Assembly (NCBI RefSeq): GCF_009914755.1
Contig: NC_060927.1
DNA: 64,000 bases
Reading direction: 5' to 3' (one strand)
Source of the DNA: the human T2T-CHM13v2.0 reference genome, Homo sapiens
In this document: piece by piece, positions 51,258 to 64,000 of the stretch
Position numbering within the stretch: the stretch's first letter is position 1
Layout: each line of letters starts with the position of its first letter
Notes under the pieces: model-generated
What the model saw: only the letters and a program-made list of their open reading frames with translations
Told to the model about the DNA's origin: nothing
The model's database searches: none
Program-made: the position numbers and the translations under genes

Positions 51258-51530
51258 GGCCGGGTGCAGTGGCTACGTCTGTAATCCCAGTGCTTTGGGA
51301 GGCCAAGGCAGGCAGATCACTTGAGGTCAGGAGTTCGAGACCAGCCTGGCCAACATGGTGAAAGCCCGTCTCTACTACAAGTACAAAAATTAGCCTGTAA
51401 TCCCAGCTACTTAGGTGGCTGAAGTACGATAATCACTTAAACCCAGGAGGCAGAAGTTGCAGTGAGCCGAGATCGTGCCGCCGCACTCCAGCCTGGATGA
51501 CAGAGCGAGACTCCGTCTCAAAAAAACCAA
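51258..51530 (+). mobile_element. Alu (AluS-like, small internal deletion)
   Basis: Alu body interrupting the left arm of an inverted duplication. Confidence 0.92.
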
Positions 51531-51788
51531 AATGATATATGCAATGGTACCAGCCATAGATAATTGATTGCTTAGTGATAAATTGAGCTCTTCTTTGATA
51601 TTAGACAACTTGGGGGTTCAAATCCTAGATTTTGTGCTTATTTATATGTAAACCTCAATTTCCTCATTTGTAAAATGGGGCTGGTAATATCTAAACTTCT
51701 GGAGTTGCTGAGATAACCTAACGACATGATATATAGCAAGTGTCTAGCACAGTTAATTCCTAGCACATCATAACCACTGAATAAGTGG

Positions 51789-51920
51789 AGGCCAGTGTTT
51801 AGAAGTACTATTTCAACCTCTGTATGTTCCCACTAAACATTAGTATGTGGGTCATTTTTTATTCTTTAGATGGAAGTTTTTTTTTACAGAATTGATGTAC
51901 TGAACCGTATCAATCTAAAA
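51789..51920 (-). pseudogene. Degenerate partial copy (pseudo-exon) of the IFT80 173-nt exon
   Basis: Aligns to 53954-54084, including the acceptor TTTTAG|ATTGAT; substitutions and frameshift. Confidence 0.9.
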
Positions 51921-52502
51921 GGAGGAATGCTGCAAAATGATTATTAATGGTCACCAAGCAGTTAATTATGTACTGCTGGTACCATTGTTTATATTGTTTT
52001 TACTGGATTACTGTTTATCTCTCTAATTATTTATCTTTGCAGATATTTATGTTATCTTTCCCCTTATGGATTATATGCTTCCTGAACAGCAGAAACATTT
52101 TACATTACCTTTACATAGTAGGTAGTTAATATTCATTCTATGTGCAATACTCTTCATCATTTTGACATTTGACTATTATTAATGACAACGAAATGGAATT
52201 CCTAATTAGGTTACAAGCTTTTTAAGATAAAGACCATTACCTTAAATTTTTTTTTGTTAAATTGTACAGTATTCAGAATGCTATAGCAAGAGTAGTGTCT
52301 ACGATTTCAACATATTTTTTCAAAAACACTGGTCAAAAGAATGCTATAAACACAATTCTTCCCCATTTCTCTATTAGCTGGGTAATGATACATATAATTT
52401 TCTATAAGTTATTTAACATAAAATTTAAAAAATATTCACACTGTCTAAACTAGTTACCTTAAACTTTATGAATTATGAATAAATTCAGGACAAAGACAAT
52501 GG

Positions 52503-52768
52503 CTTATTTATTTATTTATTTAGATGGAGTCTCGGTCTGGTCGCCCAGGCTGGAACTCCCAGGTTCAAGCAATTCTCCTGCCTCAGCCTTCTGAGTAGCT
52601 GGGATTACAGGCGTGTGCCACCATGCCCAGCTGCTTTTTTTGTATTTTTAGTAGAGACAGTGTTTCACCATATTGGCCAGGCTGGTCTCAAACTCCTGAC
52701 CGTGTGATCCGCCTGCCTCAGCCTCCCGAAGTGTTGGGATTACAAGCATGTGAGCCACTGTACCTGGC
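52503..52768 (-). mobile_element. Alu (internally deleted)
   Basis: (TTTA)n tail and reverse Alu. Confidence 0.9.
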
Positions 52769-53904
52769 AGCCTATTTATTTTTATAGAATGAAAAACATC
52801 TTTCATGATCCTTTGTACAGATAAACAATGAATTTGTGTTAATAAGGGACAAAAATAGAGTAGCTAAATTATATGAATAGTATAGATCATTAGCCATAAA
52901 TTAAATAAGGAGACTACAGTATGTCAATCATAAAATTAACCATCTGCCATTTTTGTTACTTTTAGTCAAGGGAAAGACAGAGATAAAATATCTATAGAAA
53001 TTCTAATCTAAGGAAGTTTAACTAAAGAGCCTTGTAATTGACAGATACAGGGGTTATTTTTCAGCCCAGGCAGAAACAAAGATCATGAAAGACACTTCAA
53101 ACCTGGAAAAATATGTCAATTCCACAACAAACTACATCAGGAGTACATAAAAACTATAGTTTTGTTCACTGGGAGACATGTACCTGAGAGAATGAGTGGG
53201 AGGAACCTCTTATGTCACAGAGAAGAGCAGCATGCCACTTTGCCTCAGAAAGCAATCTGTCCGAGAGCCTAATGTAAGGCTGTTGATTGCTGTTGACCAA
53301 TCCTTTCCTCTTTCTTCCTTAGTACTACACATCTCTCTTGGTTCTTTTCTCTGCCTGTCCGACTGCTTTATGGAATAACATTTGGTGTCTTTCTTTCCTT
53401 TCATCCATCTCATAATGTAGCGGATGTCTTTTCATTCCACACATTCCCCAGGCAATTGCATCCATTTCTCTTGCTTCAACTACTATCCATTTGCTAATGA
53501 CTCCTAAATCTAAACCTCTAGTTCAGATATTTCTTATGAGCTCCAGGTCCATTTAATCAACGATTATAACTTTTTGCGAGTATTTCAAATTCAACTTGGC
53601 TAAAATGAAACTCAATATCTTCCCTATCAAATCTGCAAATGGTATGGTGTCATGATCTCTCCAGTTGCTAAAACCAAAAATTTAGGAAACACCCTAGCCT
53701 CTCTTCTTCACACCCCAACTTTTAATCAGTCAAAAGTTCAGAGAAGAAATAAATTGTAAACTATTCACAAATATGAATATGAATAAATTCTTCTGTGGTG
53801 TTAAGAAACTAAAATATAGTGGAAAATGTAATTTACTAAGTGGTAGATGGAAAAATACATTAAGGTCAAACAGATTTTGGAACTGATGGAAAGCATTCTT
53901 ATTA

Positions 53905-54078
<174 letters not shown>

Positions 54079-54171
54079 CTAAAAAAGAAAAGAAAAATAT
54101 TGAAGTAGATAGTAACAGAAATATAATAAATTACGCTAAGAAAAAACACATGTACATATATGTAAACATTA

Positions 54172-54270
<99 letters not shown>

Positions 54271-54639
54271 CTAAAGTAAAGTATGAGAACAATTATCTTA
54301 ACTATGTGACTGAACTGCCTTAAAATAAGCAGTGATTTAAATACTCATACTAAAATGATATTTTAATTTAAAAAATAAAAATTACTGAGCAGGGCATTAA
54401 AAAAAACTAATAATGTGGGAATTTCATTGTGGCCATTTTGTTAAAATATATTAATACACAGAAAACTTTTGAATGAAATTTTCAATTTTGAGTTATTAAG
54501 GATTTATTTCTGAATTTAAAATAATAACTCAAGGTTATAAACCTTCCAGTCTTTTTGACGAGGTGTCAAAAAATGTAATTTATAGGGAACCAAAGAAATA
54601 GTGAAGTTCTCAGACAATGATATTATGGTAGATTGCTAC

Positions 54640-55262
54640 TGATATACCAGTTAAGAAGAAATTACTTAGGCAGATAGTGAGGGTACAGAAGTCCTTTACG
54701 ATAAGGTTTTCCTTTTAATGAAAAGCAGCCCCCAAATCATTTTCTTTTCTAACAAAGAGCAGCCTGTAAAATAGAGCTGCAGATATAAACAAGCAAGCTG
54801 GAAGCTTGCATGAGTGAATGCCAGTAGTTGTGCCCATAGCAATATGCTACCTGGGACTGGGGATGTTCAAACAGCAGCTCCATCTTCTCTTTTTGCCAGC
54901 CATCTGTACAGTAAGGAGTATACAAGATGGCACTGGCCAGGTGGAAAGTCTATTTGCATAATAAGATTAGGGTGGGGCAACCAGCCTTCCCTGTGCTATG
55001 TAAATGTCACACCTGGTCAAACCAATCTGTGAGCACTATGTAAATCAGACACGGCCTCCTCAAGCCTGCCTATGAAATCTGCTGCAGTCCACCACTTTTC
55101 CCTTTTTGGATTCCTCTCTCTGGCAAGGAGCTGCTCTCCTCTCTCCTTTCTTCTGCCTATTACGCTTTCCACTCCTTAACCTACCCACATGTGTCCGTCC
55201 TTGATTTTCTTGGTGTGAGATGACAAACTCCGGGTATTTACCCCAGACAATGATGCTATTCA
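54640..55262 (+). mobile_element. Solo ERV1 LTR (MER61-like)
   Basis: TGATATACCAGTTAAGAAGAAATTACTTAGGCAGATAGTGAGGG ... GTATTTACCCCAGACAATGATGCTATTTCA. Confidence 0.65.
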
Positions 55263-55771
55263 CCACCAACAACCCATTGTTAAAAAAAGCATCTAAAAGT
55301 CATTTCACAAAAGTGTATTCTAAGGAATGTTCACTGATGTTCAATAAAAAAGGTCTATGGTCAAACATGTTTGAAAAATACTAGATTCAACCAAGTTGGA
55401 AAAAGGCTGATCGAAAGCAGAGATTCTTAACCTTAGCTGTACAAAACAATCATCTGAGGAAATTAAAAAATATGCCCAGGACTCAATCCAGATATAATGA
55501 ATTAGAATCTCTACGGGAGTAGAACTTGGGAACCTGACTTTCAGAAAACTTCCACAGAAGATTTTTATATGTGCCAGTATGGAAAAACAGTTTAAATTTT
55601 TATAGCGTCTTCAGAGAATAAATCACACAGCAACATGTATTCCTCTGTATTGCCCATGTCTTTACTTATAAAAAAAGACATGATCTTATTCACAATTTTT
55701 CCAGCCTTTAAGCCTATTATCATTACTCATTTTGCACAAAGGTAAACTACTATGAAATATATATACAACTA

Positions 55772-56203
<432 letters not shown>

Positions 56204-56395
56204 CTATATAAAGTAGCAAAAATTATTACATATTTGAGAGCTATTCCTAAGAGCATTTGAAATCATCTTTTTTTCCGAGGCTTAAGATAAATCACAACAA
56301 TAATTTATATAGCTTTAGCTTTTAAAAGTATTAAAGGGTAAAACAATAAAAAGTAAACCAAATTCCAAGACTATTTTCTCAGAATAAAAAGAGGT

Positions 56396-56532
56396 GAGCC
56401 AGGCACAGTGGCTCACACCTGCAGCCTTAACTACTTGGGAAGATCACTTAAGCCCAGGCTGCAGTGAGCCATGATTACACCACTGCATTCCAGCTTTGGC
56501 AACAGAGTGTGACCTTGACTCTAAAAATAAAT
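56396..56532 (+). mobile_element. Alu monomer fragment
   Basis: GCCAGGCACAGTGGCTCAC...GCAGTGAGCCATGATT...A tail. Confidence 0.8.
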
Positions 56533-57265
56533 AAGTAAAAAGAGATGACCTTTAAATAAAAAGACTAATTTTTTTTCATTAGTCCAAATACTTTTAAAAA
56601 TACGCTGTTTTATTTTGATGCCTCTCTGGTTTTGTTAAGGTTTTGAATTTGAATACTAAAAACAAACTCAAAACAGATTTGAAAACTAAGCTAAGGTCTA
56701 GAATTAAGAAGCCTTTGTATTCCTATTTTGTCAAGAATAAGAGATCTCCTTGCTATTTCTTAGAGAATTTAGGAATATAAATGGTTTGATTTTCTGAAGC
56801 ATATAAATTTTTAAAAATTTCAGTAACTTTGGTCTTTTCCTACTTTTAATATCAACCAAAAATTCAATTCTAGAGACATTTACATTCTTGAAAGTGTTAA
56901 CGTCAATGATAATCTGTGACAGCGTTGGGTAGTTGTCACAAGGTTGTGCATCCTGAAAAATCTTAAAGAGTGCCTAGACTAAAATCACTTGATCACACTG
57001 AGAAAACTACCTGAGCTACCATTACACAATATTAAGCTTGAAAATTATATTCATATAAGGGACAAATAAATAATTCATATCATACCACACTTTCAACTTG
57101 ATTCTGTCACTTAAGTCTCAAGCTAGCTTTAGCCGAACAATTTATTCATCAATAAATCTGACTGATGTGTAAAACACCTTGCAGGATTGAAAATAGAAGC
57201 CAAAACATGATACTCTATTAGAGTTTTATTTACTACAAAACAGAATTATACGCAGTAAAATGTTA

Positions 57266-57415
<150 letters not shown>

Positions 57416-57654
57416 TTAATTTAAAAAGAATGTTAATGTGCTATTAGCTTTAATATGTAAGAATTAAAAATAGATCTTTAAAATGCCTGACAAACAAAAT
57501 CCCATACAATTTCTGGTAGATATGACTCTACTTTCTGATTCTATAATGGTGAAAAACACATACCAAACAATCACACAAGAATTTACAGAAATATTTGAAT
57601 GCTTTACTTAGAACCCTTATATTTTTAATCTGTAAATCTTTCTTTCAGTGACAA

Positions 57655-58935
57655 TTTAGCTGCAGCAGCTAAAGACTTGCTAATAAGTTAATCCTCTTGC
57701 CCTCAGGCCATCAAGCTCCAGATGATCCTCAGTGAGGAATACCGTCCCCTCAATATTCAAGAGTCACTCTTCTACAGGGGACCCCTAGTCTGCCCATCAG
57801 TGGGACATGACAGAGGTGAAGTCCTCCCTTGTCTCCCTTGGACCTAGCTGCATACTGCTTTCACCAACCCACGGAGCCACCCTGCCCTGACAGCTAGCAA
57901 GAGGCCAAGATCCACAGAATAACCACCATTGCCCCTCTGTCAGCAGGAAGCAGTTACAGAAGACTGACTTTTGTCCATTTTCCCCATAGAATTGGGGTCT
58001 TGGACTCTTGAGGGTGGAAATGTTACAGCAGGTAGTCAGGCAGACATGAGCAAGTCAGGAGAGGCCCCTGCCACCAGCACCAGGAATGTCAGGTGACCAT
58101 CAGGTGATGGTCAGGCTGTTGTTAAGCTGTCTCTCTAAAATAATAATTGGTTGCAGCCAGTGCCAGGGAAAGGTAGTCTCTCAATATAAACACTGAAACT
58201 GGAAATCAGTAGCTTCTCAATAAGATCTCAAGAGCTAGGTGAGTGGGCTCACACATGACTAACAGGCAAAATGGTGGAGGAGTTTAACTGGTATACAAAC
58301 TTCCTCTAGAAACACTGGAGTGGTAAGGGAAAAACGCCTCAAGTGAGCATGTGTATAACTTTAGTAAACACACTGTGCATGTGGCCCCTCCCAGGTGTTG
58401 GCAGGCCACTATGCATGTGGACAGCCCACCCAAGGGAAGAATTAGGGCAGAAGGGTTGCAACTCCCCAGAAGCATGCCAAAGTATAAAACCCCAAGTCAA
58501 AGATCAAACAGTGCACTTGATCTCTCAAGCTGCCTGCTTGCCCTCTACCAAGTTTACTTTATTTCCTTTCTTTCCTGCTCTAAAGCTTTCAAATAGGCCA
58601 GGCCCAGTGGCTTACGCCTGTAATCCCAGCACTTTAAGAGACTGAGGCAGGTGGATGGCTTGAGCTCAGGAGTTCGAGACCAGCCTGGGCAACATGGTGA
58701 AACCTTGTCTCTACCAAAAATACAAAAAAATTTAGCTGGATGTGGTGGCACATGACTGTAGTCCTAGCTACTTGGGAGGCTGAGGCAGGAGAATCACTTG
58801 AGCCCAGGAAGCGGAGGTTTTGGTGACCTTGATCTTGCCACTCCACTCCAGCATGGGTGACAGAGTGAGACCCTGTCTCAATAAAACACAATAAAAATTT
58901 AAAAATAAAGCTTTTTAATAAACTTTCACTCCTAC
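57655..58935 (+). mobile_element. ERV1 remnant: env 3' end, polypurine tract and MER50-like 3' LTR (58021-58935) with nested Alu (~58596-58895)
   Basis: QAIKLQMILSEEYRPL...FYRGPL env-tail translation; GAGGGTGGAAA then TGTTACAGCAGGTAGTCAGGCAGACATGAGC; AATAAACTTTCACTCC near the end. Confidence 0.7.
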
Positions 58936-59048
58936 TTTTTTAAAAAAAGGGTTAAATAGCTAAGAAGTATTACAAGATCAAAACATTAAAACATTTCCAG
59001 ATTCATTCAAATTATTTATTACAGCAAATATAAGAAAGTTGACAATTA

Positions 59049-59213
<165 letters not shown>

Positions 59214-61039
59214 CTAAAATTTTTTTTAAATGTAAATACTGGGTTAGTTTTAGTGTTTGACATAAGATCATTTTAATTAATTATAAAATCATTTCCTTTA
59301 AGATCAATTAAATGTCATTTCCCCATTTATAATGATAAAATGTCCCTGTTAAATAATTTTAAACTGCCAATATGTTAATCGTTCAAAAGCTGCACTGAAG
59401 TATATTTGCCTGACATCCAAGGAAAAGATACCTCTTAAAATACAATAAAATAATATGTATTTTGATATTCTGTAGGCTGAGAAACACTCGATCTGTCCTG
59501 TCCTACCTTTCGTAGTCAAGGTGAAAGGGTCAGGCAATTCTGAGTATCATATGAGAGGTCTATTTTGATTAATAAGTTGCCTAACAACTATATCTTAAAT
59601 ATTTGTAAAAAAAATTTTGGAAATATGTGGAAATACATCATGTGTCCAGGGCCTTAAATTCTATAGATTCTCTCACATTCATTCTTGCAAAATAGGAAAC
59701 AAGCTTGTAATGTAGGTATTACTATACTTACTTTGCAAATCAGAAGACTAGACTCATATTCACTAAGTGATTTTGCTCAGAAAAAGCCAGTGTCAAGTAT
59801 ATCTACACTTGCAACTCAGACTTCTAACTCCAAGATCACTGCTTTTCATTTGCTAGTGAGATGAATTTTACTATAACTTGAAAATGTTTTAATATAGATT
59901 CATTTTAATTCAAACCAAGCAAGATTTATTTACCTCCTACAATGTCTGAAGACTTTGGTAGGAATTGTGAATTCAACCAGAATAATGACTACAACATCAA
60001 GTCATTGTATCAAAATGTACTATAAAAAACACTTTTTAAAGTAAAACAAAACACACATACACCTTTATCCAAATTGATGAATCAGTCATATACCAGTTCA
60101 TAATACATTTTAAAAAGTTCAACTCTTTCTGGAATACCATAATTTATATTTTAAGAAAGAAAAGAATTTGGTTTCATATATATCAAGGCATGCATGAAAT
60201 ATAACTCTAGGTATTTTCAAAATGGAAATGTTTCAGAGAAACTGATCTTTACAATAAAGAATTGCTTATCATCGTCATCATCATCATCAGAACCTAGTGT
60301 ATTCTTTTAAAAACACTGTTAAACAGATATGATTCTCCTAAGAAATTAAAAATCAAAGATGGATAGTAATTATAGTAATGCCTATGTACATAGGGGAAGA
60401 GGGGCTCCCCCACTTCATTCAGCAGGGCTTCCCCCATTTTCCTCTTGTCAAGTCCTACCACCTCCACATAGGTTCTATTCCTCCTGGGTTACTCTTTGTA
60501 GTGGGACATAAAAGCAGTTTTGTGTTCATTAGAACCGTCTCCCTTGCCCTACACTAATTAATATTCATTTACTAATACACAGACTTGAGTTCTAGTTTGG
60601 GCTCTGTTATTGGGAAGATCCTGGATATGAATTTCTTCCACATATAAAATAAAATAGATTGGGTGATTTTTCTATTATTTTATAGAATGTAAAATTTAAA
60701 AATCCTTTGTATTGCATACAAATGTACTGGGTAATTGGGTGAAGTGTGACATGTAGAAGACACTTCCATTCTTATAATTAGGAAATTATAAATTTCTTAA
60801 TTTTAATTGTAAATTAAATTATTTTAATTGTAAATTAGGAAATTCTTACACTTAGGAAAAGTGTTATAGAAAGAGTTATAACATTAAAATAAATATTTAA
60901 GCTTATTAATTGACTCTCCTTTCAATCCTACTAACAAAAATGACTGCATCTTGAAAAGCTGAGACATTTACTCCTTTTGATATGCTTAATCTTACTGAAG
61001 AGGAAAAACTCTGCTTATATAGCTTGGATTAAAAATGAC

Positions 61040-61645
61040 AATAACGGAGAGGTTATAGGGAAATAAGCACCTCATATATTACCAGTGCAAAGGTAAACTC
61101 ATACACTCTCTTTGGAAGATAACTTCACAATACTTATTAAAATTACAAATTCTCATATCCTTTGACCCAGCAACAATATTTCAAGAATAAATTTCACAGT
61201 TACACTAGCACATGTACAAGAAGATGTATATGCAAGGTAATTCATCTTGGCAATACTGTAATACTAACGGCAAAAGATTGGAAACAGTTTAAATTCTGAT
61301 ACATACATAAAATGTTATACCATACAGTGGGAGGAAAAAGGGTTGGGAAAGCACTTTATGTATAGATATGGAACTATCTCCAGAAAGACAGTATTATATG
61401 AAAAAAGCAAAGTGTAAAATTGTTTGTTACATTTTTGTAAAGGGGAGGAAGAGAACATATATCAGTTTTGTTGATACATACACTAAAAATCTCTGGAAGA
61501 ATATATAAGAGATTAATAATAATGGTAACTTATTTGGTGGAGAGGCACTACAGTGATGAATAATAGGTATAGTAGGGAGACTAACACTGTATACTTTTTA
61601 ATGCTTTTTGATTTCTGAACCATATGAATGTATTTGTTATTCAAA
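61040..61645 (+). mobile_element. Old L1ME-like fragment
   Basis: CATATCCTTTGACCCAGCAA, GCAAAAGATTGGAAACA and TGAACCATATGAATGTAT motifs. Confidence 0.6.
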
Positions 61646-61656
61646 TTTAAAACTAG

Positions 61657-61797
61657 GGCCAGGCATGGTGGCTCACATCTGTAATCCTAGAACTTTGGGG
61701 GTCTGAGGCGAGTGGATTGCTTGAGCTCAGGAGTTCGAGACCAGCCTGGGCAACATGGCGAAACCCTGTCTCTACCAAAAACAAACAAACAAAAAAA
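61657..61797 (+). mobile_element. Alu left monomer (FLAM-like)
   Basis: GGCCAGGCATGGTGGCTCAC...ACCCTGTCTCTACC then A-rich tail. Confidence 0.88.
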
Positions 61798-62382
61798 CTA
61801 ATAATTACAAAAATAAATATATAATTTTGAGTAACAGTTCACTAGAAGTATTAATAAAACTAAAAGTGTCTTTAGACCCTAATATATCAGCAATTTAGAA
61901 GGATAACTCAATGCAATGTGCTTCTTTTTCTAAGGCTAAAAATCAGAAACCAATAAACAACTTACAATTCAGGGTCTTTTGTACTTTGTATAGCGATTTC
62001 TTACTACAGTCTTAAAACCTAAAGAAAATGCTGGCTAAGAACAGGTCAATGAGAAAACTGCAAGATACTTAGAAACACAAATACATTTTTATTTACTGGT
62101 AAGTGCTAAAATTTTAATCAAAAAAGAACATGTAACTGAAAAACAGTGAAGAGTTTGACAACAGACATATAAGTCAGATCCTTTTTTTCAACTAATTTGC
62201 ATGTATAGCTTCCTATCACAAACTTTACCAGTGCTTAGTCTTTAACTGTGACATCTTTAGGCAAAATAGTCAATGGAGAATGCACATTGATTTTAAATAA
62301 AAAACTAATTCCTTTGTGTCCTCTTTAAAATGAAAACATTAATTTTGAAAAGGAAATAAATAAATAGTGGCTATTTACATTA

Positions 62383-62487
<105 letters not shown>

Positions 62488-62793
62488 TTAATTAATGTGT
62501 TATATTAGAATTTTTACTGGTAAAATTCAGTGAAACTATTATAATCCTTATAAGAAATTATTTAACTCTCTAGACCACAGAGAGAGCAGCAGCATCCAAT
62601 TTTAATTTATTAATGTGGTCACATTTCTTATGAAAACAATAAAACTGAATACTTCTTCCTAAAACACATTCCCTAATTAGAATTTTTATTAATGGTATGG
62701 CATTAATGCTCCACAGGCTCACAATGGGAAGTCCAAATGTGAATGTAATTTATAATTCTGATAACTTTGATTTAAACTAATATAACACCATAG

Positions 62794-63313
62794 TGTAGAG
62801 GCCAAAGGAAAACTTCCTCTTTGTCCTTTGAAGGTTAACTGAAAATCAACTCACAAAAGGCAGATTAATAGGAGAAATGGCATACAAATTTATTAGCTTG
62901 CATGGGGGAGAATCAGAGAGTGATTACCCTACCATACAATGGGGTGCAGATGGTTAAAAGCCACTTCTTCCCCTTCTTAAGGGAAATGGAGATGGGGAAG
63001 TGTGGATGGTTTTTAGAACGGGTAGTAAATGATTTCTAGGGGAATTCAGTGGGCATGAAGAACATACAGTGGCCTGGAACAGTCTGTTGGGCCCACAGAG
63101 CACACAATGGTTTGTGACAAAAGTCTGCCCAGGTGTGTTGACAGCTTTCTGTATTTCTTCCTGCAATATGAGTTTAGTTAAGGAAAACTCAGGGAAGGGA
63201 CCAGAGGGAATTGTTGTCTTCTTTGGTGGGTCTGAAGTTGAGGCAGATAAGGGAACTTCAGCACAGCATGTCAAAGCACCATATTTTGGGGTATCAGTTT
63301 CTAAGCCCCAACA
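62794..63313 (-). mobile_element. Solo ERV1-class LTR (subfamily uncertain)
   Basis: TGTAGAGGCCAAAGGAAAACTTCC...GGCAGATTAATAGGAGAAATGGCATACAAATTTATT...CTAAGCCCCAACA. Confidence 0.65.
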
Positions 63314-63409
63314 ATAGACCATCATATTCCGCAAAGGAAAAACATGTTGAATGTCTACTATAATGCCAGGCAACGTGTTATGTGCTACTCAGTTTTCTGT
63401 TATTAATAT

Positions 63410-64000
63410 GCTACTCTGGTACAATCAATAATTTATCTGGTCTTTGTCCTGGAGCTTCAAAAACCCTGAGAATTTCCTGAGTGATTAGAGTATCTTTATT
63501 ATTGCTAGTGAGGAGACTCTTGGTGGGCCCCTAGATAGCTTCAGGATAGGGGCTGATAATCAGATCAAGCATGTGGTTAGAAGGTCTGAACTTTCAGGTT
63601 CCCAGTCTCTGGAGATGGGAAGCAGGCTGCAGACTGGTTCATCATGTGGGCAATGATTTAATTAACCATGCCAATGTAATAAAACCCCATACAAATTCTG
63701 AACGCCAAAGCTCAGCGGAGCTTCCTGGTTAGTGAACACACTGATGAGCTGGGAAGGTGATGTGTCCTGAGAGAAGAGGGCACAGAAACTCTGTGTCTAT
63801 CCTTTATAATAAAACTGTAATAATAAGTATAGCTTTCCTGAGTTCTGTGAGTCATTTTAGTGAATTATCGAACTTGAAGGCATTGTGGGAACCCCAGAAT
63901 TTACAGCCAGTTGGTCAGAAAAGTAGGCAGCTGCAGTGGGGCTGGGGGAGCCTTAGACTTGTGGCTGTCATCTGAAATAGGAGCAGTCTTGTGGAAGACT
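63410..64000 (+). mobile_element. MER21-like LTR (runs off the window)
   Basis: GAATTTCCTGAGTGATTAGAG...GCTTCAGGATAGGGGCTG...GAGCTTCCTGGTTAGTGAACAC. Confidence 0.75.

Overview
Primate, very probably human, genomic DNA; the gene pair recalls chr3q25.33. The left end holds a CpG island and the single-exon gene C3orf80 (+, 2233-2976; 247-aa type I membrane protein). The right half holds the last eight coding exons and the 3' UTR of IFT80 (- strand). All eight exons have GT-AG boundaries and consistent phases. Between and within these genes lie about 30 Alus, a near full-length decayed L1 with nested LTR10, LTR3 and Alu insertions, several ERV LTRs, ERVL internal sequence and old L1/L2/MIR/Tigger fragments. 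The most interesting signal is a decayed minus-strand coding sequence of about 5.5 kb (8139-13600). It translates into Ki-67 (MKI67)-type repeats (VEDLAGIRE, ENLTGIKGLMKMPK, EDLTSVKNLM) in a short 20-aa/60-aa architecture, followed by a K/R-rich tail, and looks like an old Ki-67 paralog or retrocopy. Also notable: a templated rearrangement in the IFT80 intron below the 173-nt exon, comprising a degenerate exon copy with an intact acceptor joined to an inverted duplication. Other signals are an AP-1-motif tandem array in an LTR10, an 88-nt intronic hairpin and a tandemly amplified Alu array. Repeat subfamily names and most repeat boundaries were judged by eye and are approximate.
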